A DNA stretch of 61,277 nucleotides, filler included, from Sphacelaria rigidula (taxonomy: Eukaryota), in assembly GCA_964200075.2 (NCBI GenBank). It is 4 parts of 4 records of this genome, joined end to end, with 100 filler letters (N's around TTAATTAATTAA, not from the genome) between each part and the next. Parts side by side here need not be neighbours in the genome. Positions count along the whole stretch, not along the records: positions 15,350 to 30,595 come from CAXNAA020001841.1; positions 30,696 to 45,938 come from CAXNAA020001842.1; 2 more parts are not named here. One strand, written 5' to 3'. Made by a program: the position numbers and the translations under genes. This document shows positions 26,801-39,011 of this stretch, piece after piece. Positions within the stretch are counted from its first letter, which is position 1. Every line of letters starts with the position of its first letter. The notes beneath the pieces are model-generated. The model saw only the letters and a program-made list of their open reading frames with translations. It made no database searches and was not told where the DNA came from.

Positions 26801-28411
26801 ACTTTTGCGAGCAGCTTTTTCGTTGACGGAGGAAGAAATTCTGAAAGCCACAAATGAGGACGGACAGCGGCAAGATGGAACCACAGCTACGGCGTGCATT
26901 CTTGTGGGCGAATTGCTGGTCACTGCAAACGTAGGGGATAGCCGAGCCGTGCTAGGAAGTGTAGGGTGAGACTTGGAGGATGCAGGGAAAGCCCTGTTGA
27001 TTTTGTAGGCCTATGGCTCCTGACGGTCGTCCTCCTAGTACAGGAAGCCAGCAATTGTGTAGTGTGGTCGGTGATCGTAAGCATGGGGATACCCATGTGC
27101 GAAGCACGGACGCGACGCTGTATGTTGGAGAAGCTCTTTCCATCTCCGCTTTCCTGTCCGGAACGTTTCGCTGCGCTCACTAGGCACGACGGGGAATCGC
27201 AACGGTCTAGGAACACCTCGACGGATCACACCCCAACTTCACCTACCGAGCGGGAAAGAATAGAGCAAGCAGGGGGGGAGGTTGTCTTTAATGGCTGCTA
27301 CAGGGTGCAACATGAGGATGTGAGATTCCGCTGTGTTGATGTAACATCTCCACTTTGTGTCTCAGAGGCAGCAACTTATACGCTCGACTAGGTGATGAGT
27401 AGGTTATTATCGTGGGAATTTCATCCAATGGCCATCCCTGGCCTACAGGATCCGGGAGGGCATGTGTCGTACCCGCGTTCTGTGCGTTTCGACTTTTATC
27501 ACCAGCTCGTGCTAAACATGCATGCGTATCATAATTCTGTCTTGCCGGTTTTGGTAGGTAAACTGTCGTTTGGCTGTTTCGCGATCTCTTGGCGATAGCC
27601 AGTTCAAAGGAAACTTGGGCAAGGCGCGCGGTAGCGAGGAGCCTGGGAAGGGAGGGGGGCAGCTGGTGAGCCCAGAGCCAGCCGTGAGCACTGTGAAACT
27701 CGAACCACGAGATCGCGTGATAATCGTGGCTTCAGGTGAGAGATGTTTTTGATGGCTAAGTGGTGATTGCTATTCGTAGGAAAAGTTGTCCTTGTCGTGC
27801 TGGACCCTATTGTTTTCTCGTTCACGCGATGACTTCGTCCTTGATAAAGGTGCTAGTGTTGTTGTTGGTGCGAGTAGCTCCGAACGATTGCATTTTACGC
27901 ACAGGTCAGTGCCTTGATGAAGTGCCCCATTTTGTACATGCCATTCTTCTGGTATACAGACTACCAAAAAGCACAGAGCACGATGATACTACTACTATTG
28001 CAGTTTACGCACACGTCAGTGCCTAGTGCCTTCATGAAGTGCCCCATTTTGCACATGCCATTCTGCTGGTATACAGACTACCAAAAAGCACGGAGCACGA
28101 TGATACTACTACTGCTACTGAAGTATATTTTCAGTGTCTGCGCGCGAACCCTTGTTTGCGTCTGTCTCAATGCTGTAGATGGTCTATGGGATGTCATGTC
28201 CAACGCCGAAGCGGTGGAGATTGCGCTCGCGGCTCATGCCCGTGCCCCGGCCAGCTCCGGAAGGCCTGCGAGCTGGGCAAGTGCGTTGGCAACTAGGACT
28301 GCGGGAGAAAATGCCGAGGGAGATCCAGCAAACGCTCTAGTGAAGGAAGCTGTCAAACGGGGCACAGCCGATAACGTTACGGCCATCGCAGTAATTTTAC
28401 CATGGGATTAG
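23838..28411 (+). CDS. PP2C/PPM Ser/Thr phosphatase with long Arg/Ser/Lys-rich N-terminal region. Exons 23838-25352, 25656-25844, 26316-26453, 26730-26965, 27184-27319, 27558-27735, 28179-28411
   Basis: Spliced product has the PPM motifs RPYQ|EDR, FFAVYDGHNG, DGTTA, ANVGDSRAVL, DHTP..ERERI, LAVSRSLGD, ASDGLWDV and GTADNVT. The exon 1-2 join is less certain (GC donor). Confidence 0.9.
25985..26245. repeat. Intronic tandem duplication (~139-bp period)
   Basis: CAGATCTGTACTG...GTGTTGTGACAG.ATTGCTG...CAGCAGATGCTGCGTTT...GGTGAAGCAAAAAAA twice. Confidence 0.85.
27908..28118. repeat. Intronic tandem duplication (~118-bp period)
   Basis: AGTGCCTT.ATGAAGTGCCCCATTTTG.ACATGCCATTCT.CTGGTATACAGACTACCAAAAAGCAC...GATACTACTACT twice. 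Confidence 0.9.
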
Positions 28412-29242
28412 GATGGCTTTTTGAAACGACGGGTGTCTACGATATATCCGCAGTATTTTTTCCTCATTTCATTCAAGTACCCATCATCTCGGGGAGATGG
28501 TACTCGTGGGTTCCCCAAACCTTTTGTGTAAAAGTGAGAGCGTGCTCACTAGAAGTTGACGGATTACTTGTATTTGGGAGGATTTTTGTGCCACCCCTCA
28601 GGTTGACACTGTGAATGTCTTGTTTCGTAGCCTGATGACGAGTACCTTGCTCCACCTCTTTTGTTGGTGTCGTGGTGACTAGTTGACTGTATCTGTTCGA
28701 TGTGTGACACTGTTTGAGCAGAGGTGGATTGTGCAAGTGGGCACGAAAGCGTCTCACTGCCGGTACCAGAAACGTGTGCATGGCGTAGGCATCCGCGAGA
28801 AAGTGAACAGGGTGCTTACATGTGAGATATGAACCCAACCGGTGTCAGTTTTTTCAAACAATTCTTGCATTTACTCGTGACGCACGGTCGAGGCCGCTTG
28901 TTGTAAGTTCGACTCGTGACGTTTAATTTTGAAGCAAGCGCGTCACGCACAAGACACTAGGCCCGCCATTACAAACGAGCCTGGACGTAACCTTCTTGCA
29001 ACAGGATAAGATGCAGGCACGACACCGGTTAAACGGACGAACGTCCCAGTCATCCCCCTACCCCGTCCTCCGCCCCGAAAATTCGGCATACGAGGAGTGA
29101 GGCTCAATCGTATTCTAACGGGCGATTTACTGTATGTGAAAAATGCGTCACGCATTCCGTTCTTCCCAAATTGATTTTTCCACAAAAGCATCAGGCACAA
29201 ATCAACAAAATTCGTTTATCGTCTGAGACTACAGAAATCACC

Positions 29243-29526
29243 GTTTTCGTGAGATCGAGAGTAGAGCGCTGATTGAGAGTGGTTTTGATCATTCGCTTGA
29301 ACTTAGCCAGTTTTTCATTCCGTGTGTGCTTCTCTTTGCCTCTGTCATTGGCGTGTGCTTACAGATACACGTCGATATCCTACTCGGGATATCAAGGGTC
29401 TCAGTGACAAGCTACCACAGAAAACATATTGGGCCTCGCGGAGGGGCATTTCGGAAGTGAAACGATTCATTCATTCATTGACCGCTTTCACTCAATCGTA
29501 TCCTCTACTCTCAATCTCACGAAAAC
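29243..29526. mobile_element. ~290-bp MITE, family A
   Basis: TIR GTTTTCGTGAGAT(T/C)GAGAGTAG...CTACTCTCAATCTCACGAAAAC; four more copies on contig 3. Confidence 0.85.
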
Positions 29527-29639
29527 AATGTAAGAATTAGAATTGCCAGGCAGCCTGCTAGTATTGTAGTATTGTCTATCCCGTTTTACTGATAAATGCG
29601 GCTCACGCAATGTTATACGAAAATCAAATGGCATGATTT

Positions 29640-30075
29640 TACACTAGCTAAGGCAGATTAATTGGACTGAGTAAGGGTGGACCGAGTGATGTGATCTTGG
29701 ACTAGCGGAGGCGTGTCTTCAAGTAAGCATAGGTGGACTAAGTTACGAGTACTTGATACTACTAGCTGAGGTACTTGAACGGAGGGTACGGGAGCCAAGT
29801 TACTTGATCTTAGACTAGCTGAGGTAGGTTGCTTGAACCTAGTATGGTTGAACCTAGTTACTTGATTTTAGTCTTGCTGGGGAAGGTCGCTTGAAATAAG
29901 TATGGGTTAACCAAGTTATTTGATCTTAGACTACCGTAGCTGAGGTAGGTTACTTGCACCTGAGAATAAGTGAACCGAATTACTTGATCTCAGACTAGCT
30001 GAGGCAAGTTACGTGAAATAAGTGTGGGTGAACTGAGTCACTTGATCTTACGCTAGCTGAGGCAGGTTACTTGGA
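29640..30075. repeat. Minisatellite, ~58-bp unit, about 7 diverged copies
   Basis: Recurring TTACTTGATCTTAGACTAGCTGAGGTAGGTT(A/G)CTTGAA at about 29690, 29750, 29800, 29858, 29916, 29980 and 30038. Confidence 0.85.
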
Positions 30076-30595
30076 TAACACTTTGGGAGCCCATCCTTGT
30101 TTTTGTGAATCGGCATCATTTTGACTTGAAAATAACTGGAAATGATGCCAATCCACAAAAACAAAAATCGGCAATGGGTTCCAAAAGGGTTAGCAGCAAC
30201 GGAGGCAAATTTCAGTTCCATCTATTTTACTGAACTACACCAACTACTCGAAAAACTCGGGGACAATTTTTTCCGGCCATGCTCTCTCTACACTCATGGA
30301 TGTAAGAAATATATGGCCGTGTCGCACTATATTTCAGATGTCGTAACGTAGTCGAATGCACCACAACCATATGACCACAGCGTGTTGCATCTTGCCGCGA
30401 TAGAGCCACCAAAAGAAGCTGGAAACTCACCCAACACGCGTGCACCAACGAAATATGTTTTCATGGGGGGGAAATATCGGACCGCCACGGTTGGGGGAGG
30501 GGGGGGGGGGGGGATTAATGATTTTGCATGGTGTGGGGAGGGGAATAGTGACCTACACCCCCTAACGGGCAAGGAGGGGGCCGGCAGGGTTTCCG

Positions 30596-30695
30596 NNNNN
30601 NNNNNNNNNNNNNNNNNNNNNNNNNNNNNNNNNNNNNNNTTAATTAATTAANNNNNNNNNNNNNNNNNNNNNNNNNNNNNNNNNNNNNNNNNNNN
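30596..30695. other. Artificial contig linker
   Basis: Same N-TTAATTAATTAA-N structure. Confidence 0.97.
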
Positions 30696-30779
30696 CTCCT
30701 ATAAATCGTTATTTGTCTTGTCCCTGCAAATAAGTACGCCCACCCCCCCCAACTACACCGCCTGTGGTTGACCTGGCAG

Positions 30780-33700
30780 GGACTCAAGTTGCACCTGTGA
30801 CTCAACATCGTCCACGTCATCGTCTGCGAGCTGCACTTGCTGCGGAGTGACGGGTTTGGACACACAGAAATTCTGTATTCTGTTGTCCATGTTCGCATAC
30901 ATAGGCGGGTACCAGGTACGATGCACTCACCGTAGCTGTTCCGCGTTTTCATTTGGTATTATGGTACTTTGTGTTGGTTTACGCCCCCCCCCCCCCCCCC
31001 CCCCTTTTTCCCATATTCCCTAAATATTTTTTTTTTTTTTTGGGGGGGGGGGGGGGGGGGTTTCATAATTTTTTTTCCCTTTTNNNNNNNNNNGGGTGCC
31101 AGGTACGAGGCCCTCCCCCCGGGGTGTTCCGGTTTTTTTTTTGTTTTTTTTTTTTTTTTTTTTGTTTTCCCCCCCCCCCCCCCCCCCCTTTTTGCCAATT
31201 ATCCAGATATATATTTTTTTTATTGGTGGGGGGGAAGGGGGGGAATCTCATACTGTTGACTCCGATTTTTGTAGTCACGACAGTAAAACAGTATTTAAAG
31301 TGGTGGAAATTTGTGCGATTTCCCATTCTCACGGTTGGGTTACTTTGGTCGCTCCGTTTCAAGATATCATGTACAGCATCGCGCATTGTCAAAGAAAATA
31401 GTTCCCTTATAATAATCCTAACCTCACATCCTTACACAGCCGGGACGGAGCACACCGGGTTCGGGTTTTTGACGGACCGGGTTCGGATTTTTGACGGACC
31501 AGGCTCGTAATCAATCCCCAAGCGCGAAGCGCCGTCATGTGTTCGGCGAGTCGCATGAAGGGTGAGCTGCATCCTGATAGGATTATTCGGCCTGAAGCAT
31601 GCTGATAATCATGCATCTGGATGCGAGATTAGGGTTATGATAACCCATTTTGTTGCTGCCGATTTTGTTGGAACAGGTTGGCTTCGGACCTGTGGTTTGG
31701 CTGATCATCTCCGAGATTTTCCCGCTCGAACTCAGGTACGAAATATTATAATTCGTATTACTTTTGTTCTTATTTCCGCACATTAGTCCGATCTCTCGAT
31801 CCTGTGGTCACAGACGTGGGCTCGTTTTTCCAGTACCGTCCCCGCTATTCCTCCCAAGACATGGAAGTGCTCCATCATTTTTTTTTCCAGTAAAGTCTGA
31901 AAAAATGTGCCCGCGACAAATCTGAAACAGGACATGCCCTGACGTGACGACCTCAAAATGAGGACATTCTTTCCTAGAACTTATTTCAAGCAAAAATAAA
32001 TATAAGAGGAAAACGGATGGTAGTGTCTGTTCCTAACCCCTTGGGCGGCGAGAGTGATTCATCTTTTCAATCGGCATGAACTTCACTTGAAAAAAATATG
32101 CAAGGTCCAGATGGACTACCTTCCTCGCGGTTCAAGGGTTGATTGCTTCGAGAAAAAAGGCACCCTGGCAGGGGAGCGGGGTGAGGGATCAAGGCTCTGT
32201 ATTCTTCAACGTCTCGTACTTGATCGCCACGAGTACATACCTCGTTTTTTGAAGCGTATGTGTCATGGTTGTGCTGTAAAAACAAAACCCTGGCATCGAC
32301 GAAACTGTGATGCCCGTCGCTCCATCTTCAATTTTTTTGTTCTTGTCGGACACCGTTGTGTCGAACGTGAGCGATTTCCTGAGCATAAAGTAGGTCAAAC
32401 ACGGTGAATTGCCTGTAGCATAAGAACTACGAATTCATGCGCGGAACGTGTTTTAAACCTTCAATCTTCCCCACTTGCGTTTTCATGCATATATGTATGT
32501 GCTAAAAAGTGAGTATTTCACGTATGTACGCATGCATGCATGTGTGTAATTTAATGTAAGTATATGAGTATGTAATGTATGCACACCTTGGACAACATAC
32601 TACAGCGTCAAAAAGGGTGCTGTGTTCAGTATCGATTATTGTGTCCAAGGCAAAGGAGAACATTTTCTATACTGTACTCGATACACTTTGCGATGATCTA
32701 ACCAAGTGCAGGGTGTGAATGTTGCCATTATTATTTCCGCACATCAGTCCGATCTCTCGAACCCGTGGTCACAGATGTGAGCTCGTCTTTCCAATGCCAT
32801 CCCTGCTATTCCTTACGAGACATGAAGTCCTCCATCATTTTTTAGATCTCAGCCTAACTAATCACAACAAGAAACGCAATCAACAACCGAAATAAACAGA
32901 ACAAGAAAGACGCCAAGAAAAACACGAGCAGTATATTCCCCGAGTACAACGGGGTGAAAGAAGAGAAGAACTTCAGATCTAATAAGAAAAGCACACCGAC
33001 AGAAAAAAAAGAAGACAGGTGACACAAGGGGATTCGCAAGGGCACCGAGCGGGGGGTAACGAAATAAACGAGAATATATGTTTTTCGGGTTTACTTGGTT
33101 TGTTCTCTTAAGCTTTTTGTTTCTTACTTTTATCTCCCTGTAGCGAGCGTTCCGTGTATGGGCACTGGACGTGTACCTTGCACACCACGCTGGACACTTT
33201 CTAATGGTCAAAAGGTGCAATAGATCTATACTTAATCCAGTATATTTTTATATTGCATCTGATGGCCATATGTGTGTATCGTCCATTGCGGTCCATTGCA
33301 ACATACAGGCCTACTGCGACAATCGACATCAGTTGCAAAAGGCGTATACCTCACTCGGTACATTTTTGTTGAGTGCATCTATCCACCATATATATTGTCC
33401 AGAGTGTGCTATCTTGTGACCACCGCTGGCTCCCTCGGGGATCAGTGACTGTACTGTGTGACAAACCATTTTTTTTCGTCACACACCCAAACTTCTGTTG
33501 TGATTCGTGAGCATATGATACCCCGTGCCCTCCCCCTCCCGCCCCCCCCCTCCTGCTCATTTTGCTGGTACCCGCAATTTGTTTCGACGAAACCAGGGGC
33601 AAGGCTATTTCTGTGGCTGTTGTGACCAACTTCTTTTTCAACTTGGTCGTGACGCTCGAATTTGCGACTGAGATAGACCTCATTGGAGAGTCATGGACTT

Positions 33701-34967
33701 TCGCAATCTTCGCTGTCATCGACGCCTGCGCCATCTACTTCATCCGTACCAAGGTTTGTTTATCTTCAGTAGCATGTACATATATAGATAGATAGGTTTA
33801 AACTCTGGACTTTTGCAGCAAAATTGTACGTTAACCAGCCTCGACTTTTTTTTTTGCCGTACGATCAACTCCCCTCCGTCTTTAAGACGAGTCCATACAG
33901 TCGAACTCGAGGGATGAGCTCATCTCTCCGCCGCCATACGAAGACTCCCTCCTAAAAGACCCTTTGTAAAGTGAGATGAGACAGACTCCCAACTAGGAGA
34001 AATCGTCTACCAGAAAGAACGGAGAGAAACGACCCCATGGTCCGAAGAATCGAACGTTCGCCTGTTCCACTTGTTGGTATGGGATTTAATCTCGTGATTT
34101 TTCACGGGTACTTCCTCCCTCGCCATGGGTTTCATCTATCTTGCAGCTATGGTTCGATTTGTAGCGGAATCAGCTCATGTGCGACAATTGATCGATCAGT
34201 CAGTACAATGCATAATGACGTACACCTACACGGGTCGCCCCGGTCGCTCGGTTGGTAACCTCCAAACCTTTTGACGGTTCGGATGAATTGTAGCCGGTTC
34301 GAATCACCAAATCCACGATTTTTCAGGCCTGATTACTCGAAAGAGACATGAAGAAAGTCGACCGATCGTCACTAAAAGTCTCCACGCAATTTCTGCGCCA
34401 TTCCGCGTGCCTGGGCTGCACCTACCTGGGTTGCAACGCTGAAAACGAAGCCCCAGGATTGATTCGTCCGGTACGAGTCATTGATTCGTCCGAACCTAAA
34501 AACCTTTTGACGGTTCGAATCACGGGGAAGAAGTCACACAATCTGTATTTTTTTTCACGTCATGCTCAGCAGTGGAGAGCGACCACGTGGTGAGTACACA
34601 AAACTCGACTCCACGGTCGACGAGGAAGAGGGACCGCTGAACCCTCATCGCGATTAAATAGAAGGCAAGCACCGCAGAGGGAAGGTGGAGTCCTGATAAT
34701 AAATGGGAAAGAAAGACTCCCTTGCTGACCTTCATCCTGTGTGACCCACCCGGGCTGATGCGCCCACGTGTACCGGAAGGTGTAGACTGGCGCCAAGAAG
34801 AGGTGGAAAGACAACATACACACGCACACTTACCCTTCTCTTGCCCCGTCACTTCTTCGCCCGTCCACGTTCAGGTTCCAGAGACGAAGGGCCTGTCCCT
34901 GGAACAGATCGAAGCACTTTTCTTGAGGAAAGGCCAACGGGAAAGCAGGGATGCTCTATCGCGCTAG
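30780..34967 (+). CDS. MFS sugar porter (VGT / xylose-proton symporter-like), 3' part. Exons 30780-30915, 31677-31735, 33597-33753, 34875-34967
   Basis: In-frame splicing gives FAYIGGYQ|VGFGPVVWLIISEIFPLELR|GKAISVAVVTNF...|VPETKGLSLEQIE, which are diagnostic sugar-porter motifs. Confidence 0.92.
31770..32843. repeat. Direct repeat pair (~115 bp) in intron: 31770-31885 and 32731-32843
   Basis: TTATTTCCGCACAT(T/C)AGTCCGATCTCTCGA...GTGGTCACAGA...CTCCATCATTTTT twice, about 960 bp apart. Confidence 0.8.
34234..34830 (+). mobile_element. tRNA-derived SINE interrupted by a ~220-bp TIR element (34276-34496)
   Basis: Head GTCGCCCCGGTCGCTCGGTTGG; AAACCTTTTGACGGTTCG duplicated at 34264-34281 and 34500-34517; the insert has TIR GGTTCGGA..GAAT / GATTCGTCCGAACC and a reverse copy at about 41037-41289; CA-rich tail near 34810-34830. 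Confidence 0.75.
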
Positions 34968-36641
34968 TGGAGCTGTGTTGTGGTTGCCCTTCCCCCCTCC
35001 CCCGTCTTGATGGTATTGGGGATGCATACGAGTACGAGGTGAATCTAGACGCGTACGGTTTAGGCCACACACCCCTGCTATCTGTCCCCTGCGCCCTTCA
35101 GTTGTCGGAATGTGGCGGATGGAGTCGGTCTGTCAATTTAAACAGGCTGTAGTGGACGTAGGACTCGAGTGCAGAGGTGCTGTTGCTGGTGTGACGAGCG
35201 TGACCACTGTTTTGATGGTGGAACATGGCAGGATCCAAACATCACTTGTGTCGAGTTGAGTTCATGGAAAAGAAGATGTGCAGATGGATTGATCATATCT
35301 TGTTGTGTGGTCAATCTACGTAGGTGCCGCGTCTCTCTGGATCATGATTTTTCAAGGCATGCAAAACCGTTGTTATTTTGGGTGTTGTCATAATTTCCGA
35401 CGAGCGTTGTCAAGTTGGTTTCTATGTATGTAATTCCCCCCGCCGCTCACCCATATGCGCACAACAGAGGCTACAATATACATGTTCTGTTCTCTCTAGG
35501 CAAAATGTGCCTCGTGTGGGAACGGCTCAGACAACAAAAGTTCTGTTACTCTCTCGATCTAATCACTTGATTTTTTTTAACTGCAGAGGCGAAAAGATTT
35601 GTGATTGTGCAAGAGGCATTTGGGTAGTGGGAGGCAGGAAATAACTTGTGCGAGCGTGTTTATGGCTCTGCCGTCTGCATACAAAATCGTGATGTTCACT
35701 GCCTCAGCATCATGGAGCATGAGAAAATAAGTCTGTGTTTTGTATGAGGGTGTCGAAGACTCCTGTCGAGGAGGTGAAGATGGTTGATCATCATGCATGT
35801 CGGCAGCAGAAACCTGGTTCATGCGGGTGGGACGAGAAGAAGAGCGTCGAAGGACCTCATCCTCTTGTGGAGTAGGAATCTTCTCTCTCGATGGGTCCGC
35901 GGGGACCTGACTCGATTTAGTATTAGCGTTGATATATTTCAAAATCAATTTCTTATTCTCCCATAGTAGTGCTGGGCAAAGCAACATGTGGTACCTACTA
36001 GAGGTCTTGGAAGTTGTGCTCGTTGACAATAAATAACCGTCGGGTTCACGCCGGGTCCCATAGCTTGTCCACCGGCACCGGGTGGGTAGTACATAAGTTG
36101 GGTTCATGGCCGTGATGACGGGTTCGGTGGTGATGGTGGGTGTTGATCGTTGTGGTGAGTCTCGGCGTCGTGTTTGAGAATGGGTGTAGAGTGTATGTCC
36201 GTGCCGTTTTTTATTGACTGCGTGTGTGTGTTCTTGTTTTTACTGTTGTAGTACTGTTTTATTTCGCTCGCTATCCAACCGTTCATTCATTTCATCCGTC
36301 TGCTGCTCAGAGGATTTTTCAATACGTGCACGGATATTATATTCCTGGAACCAGTGAACCGTTGTTAGTTGGACCTTGACGCATCTACCACCCACAGACC
36401 AGAACCTCTAGTCTGAGGAAATGTTTGATCTCCCGCGTACTATAAATAATTGTGCGTATTGAGTGGCAAACACGAGCTGTTGAACACCTGAAATGGAGCG
36501 TTGACGACGATCGAACCTCGTGCGGATCTTCAAGACAGCATCATGAGAAGGAGCATCGATTGGTTTCCGCGTCTAACAGGCTGATGTCGCGAGGAACGGG
36601 TTCGCTTCGACAATTTGACGGCGGACCACAGCAAGTAACGC

Positions 36642-36887
36642 TTTCGTGAGATTGAGAGTGAGCTTGATCATTTGCTTTCACATAGCCTAATTTCTATTCC
36701 GTGTGTGCTTTTCTTTGCCTCCATCACTGGTACGTGCTTACAGCTACACATGGATATACTACACGGGAAAATCACGGGCCTCAGTGGCAAGCTAGCATTT
36801 CGGGGCTCGGTAAAAGATATTTCGAAACTGAAACAGTTTATTCACTAATTGACAGCTTCTCCCTCTCAATCTCGACGAACACATTGT
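36642..36887. mobile_element. MITE family A copy
   Basis: TTTCGTGAGATTGAGAGT...CTCTCAATCTCGACGAACACATTGT; internal sequence similar to the 29243 copy. Confidence 0.8.
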
Positions 36888-37152
36888 AAGCAGCGCCAAG
36901 AATCGCCTATCAATTCCCCCTTGACTTCAGAACTTGTCGGAACTGTCCTTTCTTCCATATTGATTTGAACGGGTGGACAACGAGTTCTCAAAAATGGGGT
37001 TAAACATGAACTGAAGTTAAACTCAAAAACAGTGCTTTCCCTAACCTAGTAGTGAGAAATTACTTAGAGGTGGACGACGTCATCCCGCCCGACCTCACTG
37101 AAATTATTTCGGGGGGGGGGGGTTCAGCATTCCGTTTCTCCAAAGGGAGAGT

Positions 37153-37453
37153 AACAATGTTTTCGTGAGATGGAGAGTAGAGCGTTGATTGAGAGTGGCT
37201 TTGATCATTGCCTTCAACTTGGCCGATCTTTACTCCTGCGCGTCCTTTTCTTTGCCTGCATCACTGGCGTGTGCGTACAGCTAGACGTCGATATATATCC
37301 TAGTCAGGGATATCACGGACCTTAGCGTCAAGCTACCAACTACATAATAAAGGATCTCGAGACTCGTGGAAGGGCATTTCGGAACTGAAACGACTCAGTC
37401 ACTAATTGACCGATTTTCACCCTCAGTCGTATCCCCCTCAACCTCACGAAAAC
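37153..37453. mobile_element. MITE family A copy
   Basis: AACAATGTTTTCGTGAGATGGAGAGTAG...TCAACCTCACGAAAAC. Confidence 0.85.
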
Positions 37454-37752
37454 AGGGTTACGTGCGAAAGCACGATTTTCGGGCGAAGGAGCGTCCCTTT
37501 TTTCACCCCGATCTCGAGGTAAAAATGCGCTTCCGCAACACCAAGGCACATGAATAGAGACGCTCGCTCACTAGAAGAGTGACATCGACCGAAGGGCGAG
37601 GGCAAGACAAGAACAACAACATGACAATCATTGGGGGGAGGGGCGGGGGGACGAAGTCCTGATAATAATGGAGAGCAAATACACATAATCAAGTTGACAG
37701 GGGAAACTCCAACCCCAACCCCATCGTAAGATACGTATACAGTACTAAGCCG

Positions 37753-38422
37753 GTCGCCCCGGTGGCTCGGTTGGTAACCTCGAAGCCTTGTGGCGGTTGG
37801 GTCGTGGGTTCGAATCTCGGTGCAGTCACACGATCTGGGATTTTTCCTCACACATTGCCCAACGGTGGAGAGCGACCATGTCGTGAGGGTACTGTAGATA
37901 AAAATCGACGGCTGAATCGACGAGGGAAAAGGATGCTGAACCCTTCTCGTGATGACAAATGTAGGCCAGCACCGCAGAAGGAACGTGGAGTACTGAAAAC
38001 AAATGGTGAGAAAAAAAATTGTATTGGAATTCCTCCTGTGCGACCCCGGCTGGTGCGCCCATACAACAATGTTTTCGTGAGATTGAGAGTAGAGGATACG
38101 ATTGAGAGTGAAAAGCGGTCAATTAGTGAATGAACCATTTCAGTTCCGAAATGCCTCTTAACGAGGCCCGATATTCTTTCTGTAGTACCTTGCCACTGAG
38201 GTCCTTGCTATCCCTGAGTAGGATATCGACGTGTAGCTGTAAGCACACCGCAGGGATACAGGCAAAGAAGAGCACGCACGGAATGAAAAATTGGCTAAGT
38301 TAAAGCGAATGATCAACGCCACTCTCAATCCGCGCTCTACTTTCAATCTCACGAATACGTTGTTATATACCGGAAAGTGTAGACTGGCGCCCAGAATAGC
38401 TCGGATGAAAACACCCTCACAC
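37753..38422 (+). mobile_element. tRNA-derived SINE carrying a nested MITE A (38064-38364, opposite orientation)
   Basis: A box TGGCTCGGTTGG and B box GGTTCGAATC; body GGAGAGCGACCATGTCG...GCACCGCAGAAGGAA; the SINE resumes after the MITE (TATACCGGAAAGTGTAGACTGGCGCCC). Confidence 0.85.
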
Positions 38423-38464
38423 TTGTACGGTGAAAGCTCTAGTAGATAATTCACGAATAAATGT

Positions 38465-38700
38465 GGGACTCACGCCCAACGTTGGAGAGCGACTATATCG
38501 GGTACACAAAATTCGACTTAACGATTGACTGGAGAAAGGGACTGCTGAACCGCTCTGTCGATAACAAAAGAATGGCAAGCACCGCAGAAGGAAAGTGGGG
38601 TACTAGAAACAAGCAAAAAAAAACTCCCATGTTGACCTTCCTGTGTAAAAAAAACGTGTAGACGGGTGCCCAGTCTAGATGGGACGACAACACACACACA
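38465..38700 (+). mobile_element. 5'-truncated SINE copy with (CA)n tail
   Basis: CGCCCAACGTTGGAGAGCGAC...GCAAGCACCGCAGAAGGAA...GACAACACACACACA. Confidence 0.8.
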
Positions 38701-38704
38701 GATT

Positions 38705-38981
38705 CAACAATGTTTTCGTGAGATTGAGAGTGGGAAGCGGTTAATTAGTGATTGATTCGTTTCAGTTCCGGAATGCCGCTCCACGAGGCCCAATATGTTC
38801 TGTAGTACAGTAGCTTGGTACTGACGCCCTTGATATCCCCGAGTACGATATCGACGTGTAGCTGTAAGACATGCCAGTCATGGAGGCAAAGAACAGCTCA
38901 CACGGAGAACGGAAAATTGGCTGAGTGGTGAAATCCACCACTAATCAGTACTCTACTTTCAATCTCACGAAAACATTGTTG
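38705..38981. mobile_element. MITE family A copy
   Basis: CAACAATGTTTTCGTGAGATTGA...TCAATCTCACGAAAACATTGTTG, a perfect 23-bp TIR. Confidence 0.88.
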
Positions 38982-39011
38982 TTCCCTAATTCGGGATTCA
39001 TTCGCAGACCA

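Noticed and set aside
29640-30075. CRISPR array (also considered for 50125-50499 and 51605-51920)
   Set aside because: Repeats are degenerate or fully tandem, with no uniform unique spacers and no cas genes, in a eukaryotic context.
30953-31260. Poly-Pro/Gly/Phe/Lys ORFs (also 45838-45938 and 57770-57860)
   Set aside because: Homopolymer-rich low-quality sequence, mostly beside gaps; 31095-31250 looks like a noisy duplicate of 30905-31060.
37753-37830. tRNA gene
   Set aside because: A and B boxes are present but there is no convincing cloverleaf, and it continues into a repeated body, so it is a SINE head.
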